A DNA stretch of 63,950 nucleotides, the filler included, from Gonapodya sp. JEL0774 (lineage: Eukaryota): NCBI GenBank assembly GCA_027604505.1. It is 4 parts of 4 records of this genome, joined end to end, with 100 filler letters (N's around TTAATTAATTAA, not from the genome) between each part and the next. Parts side by side here need not be neighbours in the genome. Positions count along the whole stretch, not along the records: positions 1 to 16,048 come from JADIIX010000286.1; 3 more parts are not named here. The stretch is one strand, 5' to 3'. A program made the translations under genes and the position numbers. Shown piece by piece: positions 1 through 10,164 of the stretch. Position 1 is the stretch's first letter. Each line of letters opens with the position of its first letter. The notes beneath the pieces are model-generated. The model made no database searches. It saw only the letters and a program-made list of their open reading frames with translations, and was not told the DNA's origin.

Positions 1-1038
1 CCAATGGAGTTGGTCTCCAAAGATTGTGTCGGTGCATAATCCAAGTGATCCAGTCGCTTATGCTGCGACTTCTAACAGTGTCGTCGGAGTCACGAAGGCA
101 CTGCTCCCTCTCCTCCACAAGCTTGCAAATGCAGTCAAGTCAGGTGCAGCCACAAGTAATTTGCCCCGAAAATTTACCGTCACAAGTATTGCTGCGTGGT
201 CGCCCGTACAACCTCTCGGTGAGTTCTGGACACGTCGAATCGCGATTCCTTCGGTACTACTTCTTTACTGTTACACTCAATACGAGGACTTGCAATCAAC
301 AGATTCTTACGCGTCAAGCAAGCACGCCGTTCAAGGTTAGTTTAATAAGAGACGCACGCGGAAAGGCTCCGTCAGCGTCATCACGGGTCGTTCATGCCAA
401 TTGAAAGTACTGTGCATCATTCGGCATCACCCTGCAACAAGAGATTAATCGACAAGGCGTTCTCTTCTCATCTATCAAGCCGGTGAGGCACCCTCCCTTG
501 CGTGGCGCATACGCTGGATCGATCCGAAGAATTTAATGTCATCTTTCACTGTATATCACGCACGAACTCCCATCGTCACCAACGTCTCACAAGCAAAAAT
601 AAACCGCATCATCTCAAGTAACTCCACAGAAATCCTCGATGCGTACGGTGGGGAGAAGTCGATTAGGAGAAAGATGGGGATAAACGCGGCGCACATGAAG
701 GAGAGCCGTTCCTTCGTTCATGCTGAGACAATATTCTATCGCCAATCTTCTTGACGCAATGCCCGTATTCGTAGTTTGACGATAGCGATTTCATCGAGCC
801 GGAGGTGGGCGTGGCACGTATTGTTGACCAAGTTGAATTGGTGACTGCTGGTATTTGGAGACTAAGTTGCATGTGAGCTTCCGCCCTTACGCCATCTCAC
901 TCGTATCGCAAATCATTGCAGGCCCAGCCCGAGTACCATGCACTCGTTGTTCTGGTCACGTACCTATACATGAACTTAATTGTGTGTGTACCAAACTCGA
1001 TTGGAGATGAGATTGCGATGTCGATCGGTGACTTTTGA
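1..1038 (+). CDS. Short-chain dehydrogenase/reductase, 3' part (multi-exon, 5' truncated)
   Basis: Exons read VTKALLPLL..FTVTSIAAW, the catalytic YxxxK (YASSKHAVQ), then QEINRQGVLFSSIKP. GT-AG introns are visible. The 3' end is approximate. Confidence 0.65.
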
Positions 1039-1627
1039 GTGAGAACGTGCATGAAGATATTTTTTAGGAAATTTGGACTGCTTTGTTGTTGCACGTGGGT
1101 AATCCATGGTATGATGTAAGACGGTGAGATTCACCCGCTACAGCAAGGGTTCATGTGGATACATATATTAGAACGCGAAGGTACTTGGATATAGGAAAAA
1201 ATCTCGGGGTATCAGACTCCGACGGGTATTTTCCCGTAAACTGAATAACGGCAGATCCTAGTTCTCTGTTACAGTAAAAAGTAACGGTTTCCAAAACATG
1301 ATGTGTCTTGCCCGTGTCACATATTTATTGCAGGGAGATGGTGACGCTAACTCGTCGCCTGCCACCGCCATGCTAGAAAGGGAACAGAAAGAAAGGAAGA
1401 TATGAAGAAAATTTCGTACATATGTCCTTGCTGAGTGGGAGTCACCCGATAATATATGATCAACAAGTATAGGCGGGTAGGATTCAACCGTCCATTAATA
1501 AATCGTTCCGTATCTCCATCTCAATCTCTACTCGCATTTCCATCCATCAACAAGCTCCCCCTTCCCTTCAAGCTTCAAGCAGAAAGCCATGATAGTAATA
1601 CGTCGCTCTTTCTCATGCTCTTCCTCA

Positions 1628-2176
1628 ATGGGGTTGGTTCTCATCCTTGCGACCCTGGCGGCATTGGCGGCAGGCAGGAGTCCTCCACCATCTACGACCC
1701 CGACAGGTTTCTACGGCCCCCTGACCAGGCAGCTGAGCGCCACCGAGTACGGGAACTGTGTGCTGCACGCACAGTCGTGCTTGAAGTGTTCGGCCGCGAC
1801 GGTGGGCAGTCTGTGCATGCAGGGACAAAAGTGCTTCGAGTGTCGTGCACTGCCTCGCGCACCACCAACTCCACCACGCGGCGCCCCACCGCCGATGACG
1901 TCGCCTCCGTCTGCACCCCCGCCAACTCCGGCCCCCTCCCCATCCAGCACCACGGTGATCCCCTGGACCGACGAGCTGTACACAACGCCGCGGGACACGT
2001 TCGGACCTGTGGCAAAAACGGTCACGGCTGCACAGTGGGACGCTTGTGTGGCGACCGGTATGGGAGGAACGACGTTGCCCGCAATGAGCTGTGATTTGTG
2101 CTCATACTCGATGTACATTGGGTATTCGTGCAAGAAGGATGTGGGGAAGGGTGTGTGGTGCTTTGTGTGCAAATGA
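1628..2176 (+). CDS. Small secreted Cys-rich protein with two related 6-Cys modules joined by a Pro/Ser/Thr-rich linker
   Basis: Hydrophobic signal peptide MGLVLILATLAALAAG; 12 Cys in two aligned blocks; intronless ORF. Confidence 0.7.
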   Translation: MGLVLILATLAALAAGRSPPPSTTPTGFYGPLTRQLSATEYGNCVLHAQSCLKCSAATVGSLCMQGQKCFECRALPRAPPTPPRGAPPPMTSPPSAPPPTPAPSPSSTTVIPWTDELYTTPRDTFGPVAKTVTAAQWDACVATGMGGTTLPAMSCDLCSYSMYIGYSCKKDVGKGVWCFVCK

Positions 2177-2702
2177 GCTCAGGAGCGCCTGGATATGACG
2201 ATCAGAAGTCGAGTGGGACGTACAGGATGGGGTTGGTTGGGGGATCTGATCAACGGAGTGGAGAGAGGACATTTTATCATCAGTAATCACACAGGAACTT
2301 AAGCAGTGAAAATGTACCAGTACTTTTGATGTGGATACAAATAATTGTTTTGGTTTGGTTTGTTTTGCTGAATCGCTTTCGCAATTGTACTGAACTAAGA
2401 ATCCCCGATGGCCCTGGAGACAATCAGTTGACTTCCCCCTTCCTTTTCAACAACAGCGACGCGTGATGGGCGAGGAGTGTGCGACGAAAGGCAGCTAGAT
2501 CAGCTCATAACACTGTATGTTACATAGTTGTCCGTCTGGTACTGTGAGCCGCTGGCAGAGCAAGAGAACACACAAAAGAAAGCGTAAATAAGTATGCTAG
2601 TTTGGCCTTGTTTTCCTGTGCTGTGGGTTTGAAGCTTCTTGGTTCGGAATCAACCACAGAGCTTCCCAATTCCCCAGCTACCCATCCCGATTCCGATTCC
2701 CC

Positions 2703-4652
2703 ATGGCCCCGTACGTTACCATATGCGCCCGCTTATTGTTTCCCGCCTTCCAATCCCCATCGACTCAATCGCGAATTTCCCGTAAAACTAAATACCAATT
2801 CCAATTCCAATACGTTCCATCGTTTCCGTACTTTCCCCCATTCACAGCTACATCTGCACCTCCTGCGGCGGGCCCAAATGCATGTACTGTGGGCACAACT
2901 GGCGCAAATGGTGGACTCGAGAAGGAAGCCGGTTCCCAGGTGGGGCCGAGTACGAGACCCAGGTCGAGGGACTGTACGCGTCGTGGGTGGACAGGAACGT
3001 GCTGTGTATGAGTAGGCCCAGTACCAGGATTAATAGGGAGGTGGGTTGGGGTTCTTGGGGAGGCGTCGCACTGCAGGCATATGACGACCGGTCTGGTCTG
3101 ACTTGCCGGTCGTGTACATTGTCCATTTTTCTTCAAAATGGATAAGGATATGACCGCTCGTCTCGTATTTGCGAACGAACCTACCCCGGGCCCTGCCGTC
3201 CGTTGTATGAGTGAGCTGACCCTTCCACCTCCGTTTCCACCACCTTCGTCACCCCCAGTACTCCCTCCCCCAAGTCCTCCACTCCGCCGGCGTACGCGCA
3301 GTCATATGCTTGCAAGGTGCGTTTGCTCGGTGCTTTTTCTCCCACAGTTTTCGCGAGCACGGCCAGCTGATTGCCCAACGCTCGATTCACCCTCGTTCTC
3401 TCCCCGCGGCCTACGCGCTTGTCCTAATCCCAAATCACAATTCCTCCATTTTTTCCTGGGCCTCAATATCCCACTTCCCAATCCCCACACTCCCCACTCC
3501 AAGAACCCACCGAACACCCCACCTGCGGCGACGGCATCCACGCCTCGTCCGGATTATCCTACCTGCCCGAAGAATTCGAGTCCGTGGGGATAGAGTTTCG
3601 CAATCCGGCGTGGGAGGATTTGGACGTGAGTTCGTGAGTCGTGGGTCGTGAGGGAGGGGAGATGGGCAAGTGCGGCGAATGGGAGTGTTGTCGCGGAGGT
3701 GCCAACGGCCGCTTTGTGCGGTGGCTCGGCGTGGTGTGTTCAAAAACTTGAACCAGCGACGTGTGGAATTTGGATGGGCCCTCGAGTGCCAGTGCCAGCT
3801 TCCGTACCCACATACCTCCTCCACACACCCATCTGGCCTTGATCCTCACCTGATCCTTCTCTCCTCACTCACTCCCATCCTCCTCACCCCCGCCCCTCCT
3901 CCCTCCTCCTAGATTCCCACCCCATCCGCCATGCTCGAAACTATCTCCTTCATGCACTCCGTCGTCGACCGGGGCGGGAAAGTCGCGGTACATTGTCACG
4001 CGGGTGAGTAGACACTTGCGCAAATTCCAAACTCGTGGGCGGTTGTATTGTTGTTGTATGTAGGTGGGACGTGTGGGGTGGAACGGGGGACAGGGAACGG
4101 GGAACAGGGGACCGGGACAGGGCTGGCGAGCTTGACAAGGGAAGCGTTTTCCTTTTCAGCACCTGCCTTGCATCGACGCTGCCAGGAATCAGGATCGATC
4201 ATTTCTTTGCACTGGTACTTCCCTATCTCACCTTTCCTTCCCATCCGGTCCCCGCTCCCCGCTCCAACGATCCCCTCATTCACCCCCACCGGTTCAACCC
4301 AAACCCAGGCCTCGGCCGTGCAGGCCTCACCGCCGCATGCTTCCTCCTCTCCCAATCGGTCCGATCCTCGCTCTCTCCAGCATCCCACCCTTCGACCTCC
4401 CCCTCCCCCTCCCCATCCACTTCCAGTCCGCTCACCGCCACCTCTGCCATCCACCTCGTCCGCTCCCGCCGGGGCGGCGCGGTGCAAAACGCCAAACAGG
4501 AAGCCTTTGTGGCGGAATTCGGAGAGGTGGTACGGAGGGCGTGGGAAGGGGGGCAGATGAGGGTGGAGGTGACTGGGGGAAGTGGGGTGGGTGGGCAGGG
4601 TACTGAGAGAGAGGGGGGACTCGGTTGGGATGCTGCGAGGACGAGGTTGTAG
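2703..4652 (+). CDS. PTPDC1: PTPDC1-like protein tyrosine/dual-specificity phosphatase (multi-exon)
   Basis: Spliced exons give CGGPKCMYC..EGLYASWVDRNVLCMSRPS, EHPTCGDG..SGLSYLPEEF..AWEDLD, GKVAVHCHAG|LGRAG (CX5R split by intron 4004-4308) and AIHLVRSRRGGAVQNAKQ, matching the PTPDC1 family pattern. One internal exon is unresolved. Confidence 0.85.
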
Positions 4653-4953
4653 AGGGGGAGGTGGGCTGAGAGGAAGCGGCTTGTACGGACTACATACGGT
4701 GTATAGAATATAAAATAACTTTGAGAAACGGAGCAATTACTTGTTTGTTTGAATCGAACAGACAGTTTCGGGCCCATAACGGGCACCAGCATATGATTGA
4801 ACAACTATGGGCGGCGACGGTTAACACTACTACTCTATACAGCAATTACAATGATAGGCGAGCCTTTAGCCGCCGCCTCGGTTTGGACAAACCAAGGCCG
4901 ACGGCGACGTTTCCAGGATGCACGAACGTGGACGCCGCTCGCCATGGCACCCC

Positions 4954-5021
4954 GTCCTGCGTATCCTCGGTCCTGCGTACATCTCGGTCCTGCGTACATC
5001 TCGGTCCCGCGTTTCCTCGTT
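4954..5021. repeat. About 17-bp tandem repeat (CCTGCGTACATCTCGGT), ~4 degenerate copies
   Basis: Seen directly in the intergenic region upstream of NOS. Confidence 0.8.
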
Positions 5022-5807
5022 CCAGTTGCGTCGTAGTACCCGGTGTCGCAACGAGGTGGGGGACCCACCCGTCGAAACAGGGCCAGATTCGAACAGAACC
5101 CAAAATGCCGCCACTTTCGTCACAAAGACGAGCGCGGGCCAGGGGTCCCTTTCGAAAATGTCTCCCTCTGGAGGAGATGGTATACTCGCGTTCCGAATTT
5201 CCAAAACTTGTGCCAGAGGAGAGGATGGTATGCGTTGGGACGACAGACTGCACCGGTTAGGCCGTACAGTCAGTACATCGCTGTGATTTGTGGAAGCAGA
5301 CGCAGCCTCGTGAAACTGGCTCTTTGCTTTGGTTCTCTGGGACTGGATTTAATTGGTGCAATGAACTTTGTCATGAATCCATTACTCACGATGTATATCT
5401 TGAGTCCGCCATCCAATCGAGCACGCCAACATGTAAAGACTACGGATCCAACATATTGTTGTAATCTTCTCTGGGATCGGCGGTCCAGCTGGCTTGAGCC
5501 TCTTTGTTGGGTACCTTGCGAATAGACAATACAACAAGAATCAACGTCAACGAAGAAGTTTTCACAGCTTCGAGTGTTCTCCAGTGCTGGTATTATCGAG
5601 GTTTTCTCTCGGATTCCACTCATTCTTGTCCCGCGGGAGTAAAGGACGGTCCGCCACATGTGACGCCGCACCGCGTGGGTGCGGAGTCGTGCGGCCTCAA
5701 CTTTGTTCCCAGGTAGAGGCGAAACATTTTTGCATGAGCAAATCCGCGTCTCCCGCATTATTTGTTTCATTCTATTAATCGCAGAAAATCCTTCCAGGTC
5801 GCATCAA

Positions 5808-8800
5808 ATGCCCCGCGTCAGCGCCAGTTCAGGGTCACAGCGAAAGCACAAGCCGGACGGTCTGGGGTGGTTGAAGAACATCTTTCATCCCCAGCATCCT
5901 CAGACTCGAGTGGATGGCGACCAAGATGGCAGGCGAAGACCATTTTCATTTCACGATGCTTCTAGGGATCGTGATGAAAAGACGGCTCCGCGGGCACCGG
6001 GTCCTTCCTCGTCGTCGTGTCCTTTTGTCAATCAGGATTCCGCGACCCTCGTCAATTATGCGACCGGAAAATCCTCCACCTGTCCCATCAGTGGGATTTC
6101 GGCTGGACACGATGCTTCAGGTTGTTCTAAGGACGTTTGCGCGGCTGCTCTGATGGACCAGGGTGCTTTGTACGGTGAAGATGATGGGGACAGGGAAACA
6201 GTTTTAAAGGAAGCAAAACAGTTTTTGGACATTTACTACGCGGAGACAGAAGCAATTGCGAAAGATGTCTCCTTAGAAGAGCGAAAGGCACAAGTTCATG
6301 CTGAGGTGGAAGCGACGGGAACATACCACCAAACATTTCAGGAGCTTGAGTATGGTGTGAAGCTCGCCTGGCGGAATTCTTCGCGTTGCATTTTTCGGAT
6401 TCAGTGGAAAAACATCAATGTAAGAATCTCGCCCGTTGTCAGGAAGGTTGTCGAGATTATTCTGACTGAATTGTTGACACAAGGTGATCGATGCACGTCG
6501 TTGTGAGACCGCCGAGGGAATGATCAAAGCCTGCCATCGGCATTTGGATGAGGGTGCGTCGTAAATGCTACAATAAGGAAATCCAATGGCACTCCGTCAC
6601 ACCTCACGTCGCTTCACGATCCCCTTTCTCCAGCAACGAACGGCGGTAACATCAAATCGACTATCACTATTTTTCCCCAACGTAAAGCGGGAATGCGAGG
6701 CCCTCGCATATGGAACCCACAGCTGCTTCGTTACGCTGGATACTCGATGGCAGATGCTGCCAAGTACGGATTGACGGTCGCCCAGAAAGGCCTTGAAAGC
6801 GCACGACATTTGATTCGGCCCGAGGGCGATGCCTTTAGTGACTTCATAGGGGATCCTGCCCATGTCGAATTTACTCGAGTTTGCTTAGAGATGGGTTGGC
6901 GTCCGTCGAACAATATCGCAAGTTGGTTCGATGTGTTGCCGATTGTTGCAGAGGTGAGGATTAATCGTCTGTGTCAGCATCCACATCCGTTTGACTTTAT
7001 TCTCTCTGCTGTCAGGATGGACAACGAAATGTTGTTTGGGCTGACGTTCCCCCGAGTTCGGTATTGGAAGTGCCGATCCGCCATCCCGACTATCCCGCGC
7101 TGGAATCGTTCGACATCAAATGGCATGCTGTGCCGGCAATCAGCTCGATGGCATTGACGATCGGAGGTATTGTTTATTCGGCGTGCCCATTCAACGGGTG
7201 GTACATGAGTGCAGAAATAGGCAGTCGGAACCTCTGTGATATACAGCGGTACAACCTTTTGCCGTTGATGGGTCAGATCATGGACGTAGACAGTCGATCT
7301 CAAAGCAATAAGCGGTCGCTTTGGAAGGATCGCGCTTTTGTCGAGGTCAACGCAGCGGTCTTGTCATCGTTTGATAGCCACGGTGTTTCCATCGTGGACC
7401 ATCATACCGCGTCCGACTCTTTCATCACGTTCGCCAACCGCGAAATCGGTAGCCGCGGATATTTCACGGGCGACTGGATCTGGCTCACGCCGCCCATATC
7501 AGGATCTGCTACCAGTGTGTTCCACCAGGAGATGGTGAAAATGACCCTAAAGCCGGCGTTTATGGGTTTCCGAGAAGCAAGCTGGAAGACAGGGAACCCC
7601 TCGGCGGCTCGTGCTTTCAGGGGAGCGCGTCGTGCCGTCACAGCGCCAGACCGCTTTGTCACCAAGTCAGACGTGAACGAGAACGGGTTGCTTTTGGGCC
7701 AAAGTCTCGCCGGACCTTACCTGACACCCAGCGGGATCTCTGACAACCGGACTCTGGCGCTTCCTGCAATATCGTCGTCGTCAGCTCGATTTTCGTTCTT
7801 TGGTAGTCTTGCGGATCCATCTGTTTCCCGATCAAGGCAGTCCACCCTTGCTTCCAGATATTCCGACCACGATCTGGCTTCTCGGAATTCCGATCGTCGG
7901 CCAATCACCATGGATATTTCGCTCCTTGAAAACGCGTCTATTCTGGTGGGCACGGAGACGGGGAACGCAGAGACCCTCGCAACTCGATTCGCAGCCATTT
8001 TGAAGAAGTACGGCGTTCATATTACCCCTGTCCTGATCGAGAATGTTCCAGAGTCTTTTGTTGCGCACTGTTCTCAAAAGCGTATGGTCTTCATTTTCGT
8101 GAGCACGTTCGGGGATGGGGAGCTGCCTACAGAAGCTGCAGGATGTCTTTCGGAGTTGAAAGCGTCAGCGACTGGAGCATTGAATCACCTCTCGTTTGCG
8201 GTGTTTGGGTTGTGCAGCTCAGGTTAGTCGTTCTTGTAGCTTTCTTTTCGCCATCCCCGTTCCATTCAACACAGCTATCGCAACTATCTTGCCCTCAGCC
8301 TATCCAAAAACTTTCAACGGGGCTGCGAACGAATTATCCGCAAGGTTGACGGCGCTTGGAGCCACAAGACTGGGCCCGATCGGTGTGGGAGATGAGCTTG
8401 AGGATCGGGAAGGCGCTTTTCAACAATGGCAACAAACCGTGTTTGGTGCTTTGGGTGTCACCCATGATCGCCTCAATGACTCAATGACGAGTATCAAACT
8501 ATCAGTATTGCCGCCCCAGAAGCAAACTCAGCAGTGGGCCGACGCTCGCATCACAAAGTCGAACCCTCTGTTTGTTGACGGGAATCGGGGAACCTGGCAT
8601 GTGGAACTTGTAGCTAACGGGCTTGACTACAGAGCTGGTGATCATTTGGCCATCATGCCCAGCAATCCGGATGATCTTGTGAATGAAGCTGCACTTCTTT
8701 TGAGGATACAAGATGCTGCGTCGGTCGAAATATTGCGCACTACGGTTGACTTGGGGGGTGTATGCCCAAGGGATTTGCTCATTTCCTTGCGGGAAGTTGC

Positions 8801-9659
8801 AGAGTCGTACGGGGTCAAAGTCGCAATGGACGCAACTCCGATCAGCAACACCACCGTTACCACCATCAATGTTCTCCGAAAGTTCTTTTCTCGGGTTGAG
8901 TCGAATTGCAATGAGCGACCCCTGTTTGATGAAGTCATGTTGAGCGGACTTCCAACCCTTCAACCACGTTACTATTCCATCGCTAGCTCTGCAAAGGGTC
9001 TCATTGCCCTCACCGTCTCTCGCGACATGTTTAATCGGGAAGACGGCACTTTGGCATTTGGGCTGTGCTCGGACTACATTACGCGACAGCCCATATCATC
9101 CTTGTTGCGCGTGATGGTCCGTCGGAGTGCACGTTTTTACCTCCCAACAGCTTTCAGTGGACCTATTGCACTTGTTGCCAATGGCACAGGGATCGCCCCC
9201 TTCCGTGCATTCATACACGAAATTGCTTCGCAACGTCATGAAGCGCACGGCGATGGCAAAAGCGTCACCGCTGAGACACCGCAGGTCACACTCTACTTTG
9301 GTTGTCGGTCCGTCGACGAGCTCCTGTATCACTCTATGATCAAGCGTGCTCTGCGCGAGCGTGTTATCTCACGGTGTGTTGTTGCGCTCTCGCGACAGGA
9401 TGCACCGGAAGCCGATCCCGTGCCGAACGTGGAGACCATCATATACCATGGTCACTCACGGATTCAGGATGTGATTAGAGCGGACTCGGAAGGTATCAAG
9501 GGAGTTCTCGCTAGCGGTTTAATCTACGTGTGTGGTAGTCGGACAATGGGTGCAGGAGTGGCTGAGGCGTGCGATCATGTGGCGAGCACAACTCTGGGTG
9601 TCCAAGGATGGACGAAGCTGGCAAAGAGGAGGGGGGCATTCTTAGAAGACACTTACTGA
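5808..9659 (+). CDS. NOS: Full-length nitric oxide synthase (oxygenase + flavodoxin + FAD/NADPH reductase), about 1189 aa; exons 5808-6419, 6484-6553, 6634-6953, 7016-8222, 8299-9659
   Basis: Oxygenase motifs: [31 protein letters not shown] (heme Cys), [91 protein letters not shown]. Reductase motifs: [59 protein letters not shown]. Four GT-AG introns splice in frame to 3570 nt. Confidence 0.96.
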
Positions 9660-10164
9660 TGCCTGTTGCATTGGTAGATGTTCGTGAGTCAGTTGAGAGG
9701 CGACGGAGTTTGGTCAAATTGGTCACCAGCTGCAGGGAGCGAAATTTTGTCATGGAGGTAATGTAGGAATTGCGATCATTGTGGTCTTGTGAGACATTTG
9801 CGTGGTCATGTTTGGTTGAGGTTTAGCGAAAATTTTCATTTTCACTTGCTTAGGAAAGCAAACAGTCATAGGATGATGGATACCTGCATAATACTTAGCA
9901 CGGCAAGCTGGAAAAATATTTATCGGATTAACGAGTTATGATTGCAGCTCGTGCGATGTGCCTGTCTCAGGCAAGACAACCCCGTCTTCACCGTACTGGT
10001 CACTCAAAGACTGTGTGCCAGATGTGATACGAGCGTTGACTGTGGTAGATGTGATCAATCTCTTGAAACACAAGCGATTACTGCAATTCATCAGGCGTCA
10101 CAATGGTGTAATTACTAGCTGTTCTTCACGGATTAATAAAAATATATACACATATTACAACTTG

